Assembly (NCBI GenBank): GCA_963668465.1
Contig: OY764542.1
Location: 622,949 to 686,948 of the forward strand
Direction of reading: 5' to 3'
DNA length: 64,000 bases
Source: Dehalococcoidia bacterium
Lineage (GTDB): Bacteria > Chloroflexota > Dehalococcoidia > Lucifugimonadales > Australimonadaceae
Shown: positions 19,011-28,412 of the stretch, piece by piece
Position numbering within the stretch: the stretch's first letter is position 1
Layout: the number at the start of each line of letters is the position of its first letter
Program-made: the position numbers and the translations under genes
The notes under the pieces: generated by a model
What the model saw: only the letters and a program-made list of their open reading frames with translations
The model's database searches: none
Told to the model about the DNA's origin: nothing

Positions 19011-20381
19011 TTAGCGGAGCGTGACTTCTACTTTGCCTCGCTTGACGGTGACCTTCGAGACGACGGAGCGGAGGAGGTCGCGGCGCTCGGGGAGTGGGAG
19101 GTCGTCCCAGTCATTGAGGATCCGGGTGACGTTGGCTTCGAGGCGGGCGCGGGCGGCGGTGCTGTCGCCGGCCTGCCGTGCCTGCTCGCCGAGGTCGTGC
19201 TTGATGGCGCGCAGCTGCTCGAGGCCGCCGCGCAGGGTCGAGAGGGACATCGTGCCGTTGGCTGCGCGTTGCACGCCTTCCATGAACTGCTTGTCGAGCG
19301 AGTGCATCGTTGCCTCGGAGCGGGCCTTGTCGCCCGCCAGCCACGAGACGTCGCCGGGGTCGTCGCCGCGCTCGCCGGACGCGAGGCGCTCGCGCACGAC
19401 GCGCACGACCTCCGCCTCGAGTTCGTCGGCCTTCATGGTGCGGTAGTCGCACTGGTTGCGGTTGATGCGCGACTGGCACTGGTAGTAGCGGTACTGGGCG
19501 CGCGCCCGCTCGCCGTCCTTCCGGCGCCACGTCTGGCGGCGGACGATGCCCATCATCCGCTTGCCGCAGTGGTGGCAATAGAGGACGCCCGCGAGCAGGA
19601 ACATCGGCGCAGGGCGAGACGTCCGTTGGGACGGGCTTCGCTCCTGCAGGCGGTCCTGCGCGTGGCGGAAGTCGGACGACGAGACGATGGGCTCGTAGCT
19701 CCCCGGGATGCGCATCCCGAAGCGGTGGTACGTGCCGATGTAGGCGGCGTTGTGCAGCACGTCGCGCACGGTCACGAGGCTCCAGCGGCGGCCGCTCCTC
19801 GTGCGGATGTTCCGCTTGTTCAGTTCCGCGGCGACGGACCGGACGCTGCCGCCGGGCTCGAGGTAGAGGCGGAAGATGGTCTTGACGACCTCTGACTCCT
19901 TCGGCGAGACGTGGAATGCGCCGTCAGCTGTGACGTAGTAGCCGTAGGGCGGCTTGCCGAGGGCGAGGCCCTTCGCGGCCTTCGCCATCATCCCTGCCCT
20001 GATGCGTTCGCTGCGCTGCGCCGCCTTGCGGGAGTTGCGGAGCGCGTTCTGCAGGGGGTCAGGCAGGTCGAGGTCGTCGCAGACGACCTTGGATGAGAGC
20101 GCGTCCATCTCCAGCACGCGCTCCACCTGCTCCTCGAGCGTCGTGCCGAGGTGGCCGGCGTCAGGCGTGACGACGAGGTAGCCCTGGCGGTTCTCGCGGA
20201 TGAAGTCGATCATCTCATGCCAGCCGTCGCCGCCGCCCTCGCCCTTGAGGTCGGCGAACGTGCCGTGCGGGATGTGCCGCCTCGTCTCGCAGTACTCCTG
20301 GAACGCCTGCATCAGCGACTCGCTGGACCTGCGGACGTTCCGCGCCTCCGTGTCGACGGTGAAATAGCCGATCGCTCGCAT
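19011..20381 (-). CDS. Large serine recombinase-family protein with degenerate catalytic domain
   Basis: RIRAGM..KA.KG..LGKPPYGY, recombinase domain (VAAELNKRNIRTRSGRRWS..VRDVLHN..YIG), zinc ribbon LLAGVLYCHHCG..YYQC..C, coiled coil; N-terminal YFTVD instead of YxRVS. Confidence 0.8.
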   Translation of the reverse strand: MRAIGYFTVDTEARNVRRSSESLMQAFQEYCETRRHIPHGTFADLKGEGGGDGWHEMIDFIRENRQGYLVVTPDAGHLGTTLEEQVERVLEMDALSSKVVCDDLDLPDPLQNALRNSRKAAQRSERIRAGMMAKAAKGLALGKPPYGYYVTADGAFHVSPKESEVVKTIFRLYLEPGGSVRSVAAELNKRNIRTRSGRRWSLVTVRDVLHNAAYIGTYHRFGMRIPGSYEPIVSSSDFRHAQDRLQERSPSQRTSRPAPMFLLAGVLYCHHCGKRMMGIVRRQTWRRKDGERARAQYRYYQCQSRINRNQCDYRTMKADELEAEVVRVVRERLASGERGDDPGDVSWLAGDKARSEATMHSLDKQFMEGVQRAANGTMSLSTLRGGLEQLRAIKHDLGEQARQAGDSTAARARLEANVTRILNDWDDLPLPERRDLLRSVVSKVTVKRGKVEVTLR

Positions 20382-20513
20382 CGCTCTACTCCATGCTGTT
20401 TTCTTGTTCGGTTGCCTTCACGTGCGCCATGCCTTGCGTGCGCCCGCAGTACCCTCACCCTAGCCCTCTCCCCTTGTAGGGAGAGGGGACCACGCATCGC
20501 GGACTCACGGCCT

Positions 20514-21212
20514 TCACTCCGGTAGCAGGATGCGCCCGCAGTTCGGACATCGAACCGGGGCTGAGGAGGTGCGTACCTCCTGGGCCGTGCGCATCGGGAC
20601 TCCGACGCGGCACGTGTTGCATGCGTTGTTGTGCATCTGCGCGACGGGGTGCGGGTGGTTCCTGCGCACCTGCTCGTACAGCGCGACCTCCGGCGGCGGG
20701 GTACGGGAGACCGCGTCGGCGCGCTGGCGCTCGAGGTCGGCCACTTCGGCCTCCAGCCGCTGCTTCTCGGCTGTGAGCGAGTCCTGTTCCGCCACCCACG
20801 AGACCTCCAGCGACTCCAACTCCTTCGCAGAGGCGTCCCGCGCGCCGCGCGCCGTGTCCAGCTCCACCATCACTTCGAGCAGGCCGTCTTCCTCGTGGCC
20901 TCGCTGCCGCTTGAGCATGTTCACGTCGGCCTGGAGGTCCTGGAGTTCGCGGGGGTTCACGACCACGCCGCTGTACAGCCTCTTCTCGGCGGCGTCCACG
21001 CGCTCGGTGAAACCGGCGATGACCGAGTCGAACTCCTGCTGTCGTGAGAGCGCGGAATCGACGTCCGCCTGCTCCGACGCCAGGCGCTGGGTCAGCGTGC
21101 GTATCGCGGAGTCGTCGCCGAGGAGCGGCGCGATCTCGGCCAGCCGCGCATGGCGGACGGCGAGTTCGCCGTCCACGGATTGCAGCGCGAGCAGTTCGCG
21201 GGTCGCGGGCAT
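20514..21212 (-). CDS. C4-type zinc-ribbon coiled-coil protein (DUF164)
   Basis: LLALQSVD, long coiled coil, CNTC..CPNCGRIL C-terminus; family commonly lies upstream of rnpB. Confidence 0.85.
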   Translation of the reverse strand: MPATRELLALQSVDGELAVRHARLAEIAPLLGDDSAIRTLTQRLASEQADVDSALSRQQEFDSVIAGFTERVDAAEKRLYSGVVVNPRELQDLQADVNMLKRQRGHEEDGLLEVMVELDTARGARDASAKELESLEVSWVAEQDSLTAEKQRLEAEVADLERQRADAVSRTPPPEVALYEQVRRNHPHPVAQMHNNACNTCRVGVPMRTAQEVRTSSAPVRCPNCGRILLPE

Positions 21213-21291
21213 GGCGCAATTCTAGGGAGAGGCAACCTGCCCGTACATGAAAAAGGGTTGCGGGTTAGGGGCTAACGCAAGTGGGGGTGCG

Positions 21292-21431
21292 TGTCATCCT
21301 GAGCGAAGTCGAAGGATCTCTCAGGAAGGCGCCTCGTTCTCCACGGACGTTCCCCGAGAGATTCCTCGACTCCGCTGCTCTCCGCTCGGAATGACAACGA
21401 AGGGTGCGCTGAACCCCGTTCGGAATGACAA
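21292..21431. repeat. Inverted pair of TGTCAT-family repeats with extra arm
   Basis: tgtcatcctgagcgaagtcgaaggatctc ... gagattcctcgactccgct..cggaatgaca; second ttcggaatgaca. Confidence 0.8.
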
Positions 21432-21439
21432 GTCGCCCG

Positions 21440-22096
21440 CTAACGGGCGCGCCAGGCGATGCCCAGCTCGGCGCCGAGCGCCGTGGCCACGACGTACGCG
21501 GCCTCCTTCAGGTCAGGCGCACGCTCCGGCTGCGGTGCGCTCCCGAGAAGCGCGGCCAGCGAGGTTACCGGCCTGTCGCCGATGCCGCAGGGGACGATGG
21601 GCTCGTACGCGCGGAGGTCGGTGGCGACGTTCAGGGCGAAGCCGTGCATCGTGACGCCGCGCGAGACCTTCACGCCTATCGCGGCGATCTTGCCTGCCGC
21701 TGTCCACACGCCCGTCAGCCCTTCCTCGCGATGCGCGGGGACGCCGTACTCGGCGAGCGACGCGATCAGCGCGTTCTCGACTGCCGCAACGTACCGCTTC
21801 GGCCCGAGGCCGAGGTCGGTGAGCGACACGATGGGGTAGCCCACGAGCTGCCCCGGACCGTGGTACGTCGTCTGCCCGCCCCTGTCGGTCTCGACGAGCG
21901 GGGCGTCGAGCTGCGCGAGCACGTCCTCGGGCACGGAGCGGCGTCCTGCGGTGTAGACCGGCGCGTGGCCCATCATCAGCAGCGTGTCGCCGCGCTCGCC
22001 GGCAACGCGCTCCTCGAGCAGCTCGCGCTGCAGGCCCCACGCCCACGCGTAGTCGATGCCCTCGCCGAGCCAGTGGACCTCGCCGTGGTGTGCCAT
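21440..22096 (-). CDS. lipB: Lipoyl(octanoyl) transferase
   Basis: HAPVYTAGR, TDRGGQTTYHGPGQLVGYPI, KIAAIGV, HGFALNV, IVPCGI. Confidence 0.92.
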   Translation of the reverse strand: MAHHGEVHWLGEGIDYAWAWGLQRELLEERVAGERGDTLLMMGHAPVYTAGRRSVPEDVLAQLDAPLVETDRGGQTTYHGPGQLVGYPIVSLTDLGLGPKRYVAAVENALIASLAEYGVPAHREEGLTGVWTAAGKIAAIGVKVSRGVTMHGFALNVATDLRAYEPIVPCGIGDRPVTSLAALLGSAPQPERAPDLKEAAYVVATALGAELGIAWRAR

Positions 22097-22104
22097 GGCC
22101 TTCG

Positions 22105-22956
22105 CTACACCGTGAACCGCATGAGGTCTTCGCCGAAGGTGAGCGTTCTGTCGTAGTTGGTGGTGATGACCTCGCGCGACCATGGCTCATCGACGTCGCC
22201 CATGTGGGTGGCGACGACGTGGGGGACGCCTGACTTGGCGGCGACGTCCGCGAGGCCGTGCGGGCAGGTGTGCGAGTTGGCGATGCGCCGCGCGAACTCC
22301 GTGAGGTTCTCGCGGTCTACGTCGTGGTAGTCGCGGCCGTCGGGCGCGGGGCCGCCACGGTGCGGCTGGGTGTACATCAGCTCGTGCAGCAGCATGTTGG
22401 AGGATGCAGCGGCCTCGACTATGGCGTCGCTCACGGCGGTGTCGCCGGAGATGACGAGCTTGCTGGTGTCGTCCTCGAACACGAAGCCGAGGGCGGGCTT
22501 CACGTAGCCGTGCTCGACCTCGAGCGCGGTGGCTCGCCAGCCGTTGCCGTCGAAGGTATCGCCGTGGTCCACCTCGACGACGCGCACGTTCATGACGTCC
22601 TCGCCCACGCGGTCGTGGAGGCGGCGGATGCGGATGTCTTCCTCGAAGGCGTGGACGAGCCGATCGACGAAGTCCCTCGTGCGCGCCGGGCCGATGACGG
22701 TGAACGGGCGCTTGCGGTAGCGGATCCAGCCGGTGAGCAGCACGTGGGCGAGGTCGATGGTGTGGTCGGAGTGCATGTGGGTGAGGAAGATGTAGTCAAG
22801 CTCCGCGGTGTCCTGTCCAATCTCCACCATGCGGCGCACGCAGCCGGTGCCCGTGTCGACGAGGACGGACTCCCCGCCGATGCGCAGGTGGTTGCTGGGC
22901 CCCGCGCGCTGCGGGCTGGGCTGGGGCGTGCCTGTGCCGAGCAGGGTCAGTTCCAT
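22105..22956 (-). CDS. RNase Z/AtsA-like MBL-fold hydrolase
   Basis: LLGTGTP, VDTG, THMHSDH, SGDT, LLHE, SHT, ATH. Confidence 0.85.
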   Translation of the reverse strand: MELTLLGTGTPQPSPQRAGPSNHLRIGGESVLVDTGTGCVRRMVEIGQDTAELDYIFLTHMHSDHTIDLAHVLLTGWIRYRKRPFTVIGPARTRDFVDRLVHAFEEDIRIRRLHDRVGEDVMNVRVVEVDHGDTFDGNGWRATALEVEHGYVKPALGFVFEDDTSKLVISGDTAVSDAIVEAAASSNMLLHELMYTQPHRGGPAPDGRDYHDVDRENLTEFARRIANSHTCPHGLADVAAKSGVPHVVATHMGDVDEPWSREVITTNYDRTLTFGEDLMRFTV

Positions 22957-23067
22957 GGGGCGTTCACCTCTATCGAAGCACTGGGTGTGTGAAGACCGCA
23001 TGGTGCAGCAGGACTGAGGTTGAGGCAAGCCTGCTGGGGAGGCTAGTCGGCGAGTCGAGGGCGACCT

Positions 23068-23832
23068 TCAAGGGTTGGTTGACCCTAATGTGTCGAGCGT
23101 AGACAGAATCCGCTGAGCGTAGGCGTCGGCTGGAATCCTGACCCATCCAGGCGTGATTATGAAGAGCCACACGGCAACTGCGGAAGTGTTCAGCAAGGCG
23201 CCGACTAGACGCGTTACCGTTGCTCCGCCTGGATTCACAATCACGTCGTCTACCCAGGATTCTGTTGGAGGAAGACCCAGCGACGAGAACAAGAGACCCC
23301 AAGAAGCGATTGCGGCCAGCATGGCGAACACGAGGCCGTACGGTTTCAGTCCCCAGAGGTTGCGACGGAAGCCGTAGTTGACATTCTCAGCGAATACCAA
23401 CGGGAACTTGGAGGTATCACGAGTAGCCTCACGGAGGAAGCTGACTGCCGCTTCGTATTGCTGGTCAGCACCAATTGGGTCCCGCGCTTCTTCTTCCTTA
23501 GTCGGTAACGCCTGCTTCCAAAGCTCCTCCAGCTTAGCCCGCCACCGGGTCAGCATGACTTGATTAGGCGAATCCCGGAACCGGAGGAGTTGAGTGGTCG
23601 GTGATCCTCCCCAACTCTTCCATAGAGCCGGCTGCTCCTTCCTACCGCGGTCTCGACCAATCTGAGCCAGAAGCGCAGTGCCTCCGCCCGTACTGATGAG
23701 GCCCAAGAGACCACCAGCAGGCAACGAATCACCCGGCATCCATATGGATAAGAGAACTCCTAATGGAAGCACTGCCAGCAGAGCAGGCTGAATCCGAGCC
23801 TTGAAGGTGTATTGGTCGAATGGGGCCTTCAT
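23068..23832 (-). CDS. Multi-pass membrane protein of unknown function
   Basis: 2+2 hydrophobic segments around a soluble domain (WGGSPTT, ENVNYGFRRNLWGLK); AT-richer DNA; 10 bp downstream of MBL gene. Confidence 0.75.
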   Translation of the reverse strand: MKAPFDQYTFKARIQPALLAVLPLGVLLSIWMPGDSLPAGGLLGLISTGGGTALLAQIGRDRGRKEQPALWKSWGGSPTTQLLRFRDSPNQVMLTRWRAKLEELWKQALPTKEEEARDPIGADQQYEAAVSFLREATRDTSKFPLVFAENVNYGFRRNLWGLKPYGLVFAMLAAIASWGLLFSSLGLPPTESWVDDVIVNPGGATVTRLVGALLNTSAVAVWLFIITPGWVRIPADAYAQRILSTLDTLGSTNP

Positions 23833-23842
23833 TTGTGCGGCT

Positions 23843-24700
23843 TCACAAGCCCCTGTCTTGATGAATGTCCAAGTTCCACCCGCCACCGTCCTTTAGTACC
23901 AACTTCATGGTGCCTTGGCTGTCGGTTCTGAACACCTTGTTGCCTAAGTTTGAGCCGGATGAGTGCCGTCGGTACAAATCCAAAGCCCTACTGTCGGGGT
24001 GCCCATGTGGGTTGTTGCCTACAGAGACGATGACCATCGCGGGCCTGATGGCTGTCATATGGCCGACGTAGGCGAACCTCCCACCGTCAGGGTCTTCGAA
24101 GAACGTGAAGGAGCCATGGTGTGCGGCTAGCAGGACGTTGCATGAGACATCGCCAGAGGAATAGTCCCTGAGGATGCCATGCTTCCACGTTGCGGCATCG
24201 CTGTCGCCTGTGATGATAGTGCTGGCCGTAACGTTCGAAAGAAACGTTCGCTGTTCCACCTTTATCACAATTCCCTGTGCGTTAGCATTCTTCGGAAGCC
24301 TGCTGTCTTTGCCACTCAAGACCAAGAGACGAGTGCTCCCAAAGTCGCCGTGTGTTCCCTTTCCTATGACTAGGTGTCCTACCACATTTCGGAGCCGCAT
24401 GTACGCTCGGTACTCAGGGGTGTCCGTTGACGTACCAGGATAGCCACTGTCCCACACCTGATTGATTGGGAAGTACTTGTGAAGATCCAGAACACCTCGC
24501 ATGTGATCCGCATCTCTGTGGGTGCATATGAACGCCCTCAGCTGTTTGCCCCAACCTATCTGAGCTGCGAGATAGCCCAAGACGCGGTTCCGATTAGCGT
24601 CGGTGATATTGCAATCCACTACGAAATTGTTGCCGTCCGCGCACTGCAACAGCGCCATGTTGCCTTGGCCAACGTTGATAAAGTGAACCCTTGTACTCAC
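23843..24700 (-). CDS. ComEC/Rec2-type MBL-fold metallo-hydrolase (putative nuclease)
   Basis: VHFINVGQG, THRDADH, TGD, AAHHGS, ISVG.NPHGHP, RTD..GT; no membrane domain. Confidence 0.8.
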   Translation of the reverse strand: MSTRVHFINVGQGNMALLQCADGNNFVVDCNITDANRNRVLGYLAAQIGWGKQLRAFICTHRDADHMRGVLDLHKYFPINQVWDSGYPGTSTDTPEYRAYMRLRNVVGHLVIGKGTHGDFGSTRLLVLSGKDSRLPKNANAQGIVIKVEQRTFLSNVTASTIITGDSDAATWKHGILRDYSSGDVSCNVLLAAHHGSFTFFEDPDGGRFAYVGHMTAIRPAMVIVSVGNNPHGHPDSRALDLYRRHSSGSNLGNKVFRTDSQGTMKLVLKDGGGWNLDIHQDRGL

Positions 24701-24738
24701 GGAATTCTCCTATGCAAGCGCAGATGACGGAAGCAGAC

Positions 24739-25914
24739 CTAGTGGTGGAAGAGGCGGACGCCGGAGAGGGCCATGGCGATGCCGTATTCGGCGCAGGCGG
24801 CGGCTACGTCTTCGTCGCGGACGGAGCCGCCGGGTTGGACGACGTATTTCACACCGCTCATGGCGGCGCGGTCGATGTTGTCGCGGAAGGGGATGAAGGC
24901 GTCGGAGGCCATCGAGACGTTGGTGAGGGAGTCGAGCCACTCGCGGCGCTCGGCGGGGGTGAGGCGTTGGGGGGTCTCGGAGAAAGCGGCTCGCCAGACC
25001 TCGTCCTCGGCGGGGGCGAGGTCGTCGCGGATGAAGCCGTCGACGGCGTTGTCGCGCTCGAGGCGTCCGATGCCTTCCCTGAACGGCAGCGCCAGCGTCG
25101 CGGGGTGCTGGCGCAGCCACCAGATGTCGGCCTTGTTGCCCGCGAGGCGTGTGCAGTGGATGCGCGACTGCTGCCCTGCCCCGTTGCCGATGACCTGGCC
25201 GTCGAGCGCGAGGCACATGGAGTTCGACTGCGTGAACTTGAGGGTGACGAGCGCGACGGTGAGGTCGCGTTGCGCCGACTCCGGGAGTCCGGCGTCCGCG
25301 CCGGTCACGTTGGACAGTTGCGCGGCCCAGTCGGATGTGCTGTTGCGTCCCTGCTGCATCCGCACGCCGAACACGGTGCGCGTCTCCTCGTCCGGCGGCT
25401 CGTAGTTGGGGTCGGCCTCCAGCATGCAGTAGCGCCCGCCCTGCTTGGCGGAGAGCAGCTCTGCGGCCTCGGGCGTGAAGCCTGGCGCGATGATGCCGTC
25501 CGACACCTCGCGGCGTATGAGGCGGGCTGTGGATTCGTCGACCTCGTCCGAGAGCGCGATCCAGTCACCGAACGACGAGACGCGGTCGGCGCCGCGGGCG
25601 CGGGCGTAGGCGGCGGCGAGCGGCGAGAGTGATGAGCCGTCGACGAAGTACGCCTGCGCGAGGGTGTCGCTCAGCGGCACGCCGACGGCTGCTCCGGCGG
25701 GGCTGACGTGCTTGAACGACGCGGCGGCGGGCAGGCCGGTTGCGGAGCGGAGCTCGCGGACGAGCTGCCACGAGTTCAGGGCGTCCAGCAGGTTGATGAA
25801 GCCCGGCGAGCCGTTGCGGACCTCGAATGGGAGCGATCCCTGGTCGACGAATGCTTTCGCGGGTGTCTGGTGCGGGTTCATCCCGTATCGGAGTGTGATT
25901 TCGGACTCAGGCAT
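24739..25914 (-). CDS. purH: AICAR formyltransferase (PurH transformylase domain only)
   Basis: LRYGMNPHQ, ASFKHVSPAG, SSFGD, GAGQQSRIHC, SDAFIPFRDN, QPGGSVRD, RLFHH; no N-terminal IMP cyclohydrolase domain. Confidence 0.85.
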   Translation of the reverse strand: MPESEITLRYGMNPHQTPAKAFVDQGSLPFEVRNGSPGFINLLDALNSWQLVRELRSATGLPAAASFKHVSPAGAAVGVPLSDTLAQAYFVDGSSLSPLAAAYARARGADRVSSFGDWIALSDEVDESTARLIRREVSDGIIAPGFTPEAAELLSAKQGGRYCMLEADPNYEPPDEETRTVFGVRMQQGRNSTSDWAAQLSNVTGADAGLPESAQRDLTVALVTLKFTQSNSMCLALDGQVIGNGAGQQSRIHCTRLAGNKADIWWLRQHPATLALPFREGIGRLERDNAVDGFIRDDLAPAEDEVWRAAFSETPQRLTPAERREWLDSLTNVSMASDAFIPFRDNIDRAAMSGVKYVVQPGGSVRDEDVAAACAEYGIAMALSGVRLFHH

Positions 25915-25960
25915 GCTCACTCCTCGTTCAAAGTTGTTGGGGTAACCAGACGCACCGGGG

Positions 25961-26235
25961 TCACCCCCATCCTAACCTTCCCCCATCAAGGGGGAAGGGA
26001 TCAGGCGGGCGAGGGGCAGCCGAGGGATCTTCCGGCAAACGCGCAGCACGGGCGGACGCTTCCCCGAGAGATGTTCGGCTCCGCTCAACATGACAATGCA
26101 AGGGGGACCGGCTTCGCTCGACATGACAAGGGAGGAGGCCCCGGCTTTGCTCAGCATAGGCGCCCCACGCCGTTCCGCACCCCGTGTGCACTGCCCGTGC
26201 ACTCTGAATTCCCGCCTGTGCGGGAATGACGGGGC
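25961..26235. repeat. Composite REP-like array
   Basis: tcacccccatcctaaccttcccccatcaagggggaaggg; ctccgctcaacatgaca; attcccgcctgtgcgggaatgacgggg. Confidence 0.85.
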
Positions 26236-26251
26236 TTGCCGTGCGCACGCC

Positions 26252-28360
26252 CTACCCAAGCTCGATGCTCTCGTCGATGGCTTCGAGGCGGGACTTCACG
26301 GCGCTGAGGAAGGCGGCGGCCTCTGCGCCGTCGCAGACGCGGTGGTCGAAGGTGAGGCAGAGGTTCATCATGGAGCGTACGGCGATGGCGTCGCCCTCGA
26401 CGACGACGGGGCGCTTCACGATGGCTTCCGTGGTCATGATGGCGGCCTGGGGGTGGTTGATGATGGGGACGGAGACGACGGAGCCGAGGGCGCCGGTGTT
26501 GTTGAGCGTGAACGTCCCGCCCTGCACGTCGTCGATGGCGAGCGTTCCTGCTCGCGCGCCGTCGGTGAGGCGGCGGAGGTCGGCGGCGATGGCGGCGATG
26601 GTGAGCGTGTCGGCGTCGCGGAGGACGGGGACCATCAGGCCGGCCTCGGTTGAGACTGCAACGGCGAGGTTGACGCGGTTGTTGAGGGTGATGTGGCCGT
26701 CGTCCCAGCGGGCGTTGAGGCGGGGGTGTTCGCGTAGCGCGGCGGCTACCGCGCTTGCGGCGAACGGCAGGTAGGTGAGCGGGATGCCGTGCTGGGCCTC
26801 GAACGTGGCCTTGAGGGCGTCCCGCGTTCGCACGAGGCGGGTGGCGTCCACCTCCACCATCGACCATGCGGCAGGTATCTCGCGGGATGAGCGGGCCATG
26901 TGCTCGGCGATGATGCGGCGGACGGGCGTCAGGGGTAGGACGGAGGTTTCGGCGGTGGCGGCAGCCGGTGCTTCCGGGCTGGCTTCTTCCGCGACCTGCT
27001 CGCCCTCCGTGGTTTGCGCAGGTTCCTCGGTTTCCTCGTGCGCTGCCCGCGCACCCTGGATTCCCGCCTGTGCGGGAAAGACGGGGCTTGGGGGCTCGTC
27101 GTCGGCTGGAGGCTGTGCGGCCTCGTCCGCCTCTTCTTCAGCGACATCTTCCGCGACCGGTTCTGTCTCCGCAGGGGCTTCCGTGCGTTCCTCGGCTTCC
27201 GCTTGCGCTGCCCACGCACCCTGGGTTTCCGCCTGTGCGGGAATGACGGGGCCTGGAGGCTCGTCGTCGGCAGCAGGGTGTGCCGCGGCTTCCGCCTCTT
27301 CCTCGACGACACCTTCCGCGACCTGCTCTTTCTCTGCGGGGGCTTCTGCAGGCTCTTCTGCTTCTTCCTCGGATACGGGCTGCTCCGCCGCCACCCCAGG
27401 TTCTGCTTCCGCCGCTGCAGTGCCCTCGCCCTCGTCCTCTCCAACGGGGAGAGGTGATGTCTCTTCGTCCTCGGGCGCAGCCTCGGCAGCCGCTTCGGGC
27501 TCGGCTTCTGGTGCTGGCGCCTCAGGTGCTGCTTCCGCCTCTGGGGTCTCCTCCTGTGCGCCGGTGGTGAGCCGGTTCACGGCGTCGAGGAGGTCCTTGC
27601 TGGTGATGCGGCCTCCGGTGCCGGTGCCACGGAGGGTGGAGAGGTCTATGCCGTACTGCGCCGACAGCCTGGCGACGAGGGGCGAGATGACGTGGCGGCG
27701 GTCCGGTTCCGCAACGCTCGGCGCTGGGGTCTCGTGGGCGCTCTCGATGTGCACTTGGGCGTCCTGCAGGGCGTCAGGGCGTCCCTCTCCGTGTTCCCCG
27801 GAGCCGGTCGGGCCGACGCTGCGGACGCTGTCCATGAACTCGAAGGCGGGTTGCGCGGTTTCCTCGTCCTGCGCGCTCTCCGGCGCGTCGGCATCCTGTG
27901 CGGCTGGCATCGCCCACGCGCCGCCGACGCGTCCGGGGTCTTCGTCGGCGGGTTCGTCCTCCGTTTCCTCCACGGGTTCACTCTCATCCGCCGCTTCGGG
28001 TGGCTCATCGCTCCCAGCCCCACTCCCCTCCTCGTGCGCTGCCCGCGCACGTGTGGCGTGATCGCCACCTAGGATTCCCGCCTGTGCGGGAATGACGGGA
28101 TCCCCCAGGACGGCTTCGCCCTCCTCTACCTCCATCTCGCAGATGGGCTGGCCCATCGGGACGGTCTCGCCCTCTTCGGCGAGGGCGCGGACGAAGACGC
28201 CGGTGTAGGGCGACGGGGCTTCCATGCTCACCTTGTCGGTGACGACTTCCACGAGGGGGTCGTACTTCTCGACGTGCTGTCCCGGCTCTACGAGCCATTT
28301 GCCGATGACGCCTTCCGTCACCGACTCACCCACCTGCGGCAGTTCGATGATCCTGATCAT
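26252..28360 (-). CDS. 2-oxoacid dehydrogenase E2 (dihydrolipoamide acyltransferase), with expanded linkers
   Basis: Lipoyl domain TDKVSME, E3-binding ISPLVARL..GTGTGGRITSKD, catalytic TFDHRVCDG; 702 aa with long acidic linkers. Confidence 0.9.
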   Translation of the reverse strand: MIRIIELPQVGESVTEGVIGKWLVEPGQHVEKYDPLVEVVTDKVSMEAPSPYTGVFVRALAEEGETVPMGQPICEMEVEEGEAVLGDPVIPAQAGILGGDHATRARAAHEEGSGAGSDEPPEAADESEPVEETEDEPADEDPGRVGGAWAMPAAQDADAPESAQDEETAQPAFEFMDSVRSVGPTGSGEHGEGRPDALQDAQVHIESAHETPAPSVAEPDRRHVISPLVARLSAQYGIDLSTLRGTGTGGRITSKDLLDAVNRLTTGAQEETPEAEAAPEAPAPEAEPEAAAEAAPEDEETSPLPVGEDEGEGTAAAEAEPGVAAEQPVSEEEAEEPAEAPAEKEQVAEGVVEEEAEAAAHPAADDEPPGPVIPAQAETQGAWAAQAEAEERTEAPAETEPVAEDVAEEEADEAAQPPADDEPPSPVFPAQAGIQGARAAHEETEEPAQTTEGEQVAEEASPEAPAAATAETSVLPLTPVRRIIAEHMARSSREIPAAWSMVEVDATRLVRTRDALKATFEAQHGIPLTYLPFAASAVAAALREHPRLNARWDDGHITLNNRVNLAVAVSTEAGLMVPVLRDADTLTIAAIAADLRRLTDGARAGTLAIDDVQGGTFTLNNTGALGSVVSVPIINHPQAAIMTTEAIVKRPVVVEGDAIAVRSMMNLCLTFDHRVCDGAEAAAFLSAVKSRLEAIDESIELG

Positions 28361-28412
28361 GCTCAGTATTCCCTCTGCGCTACCGGTTCAGTCTCGCCAC
28401 GCTCCCCGCCTC

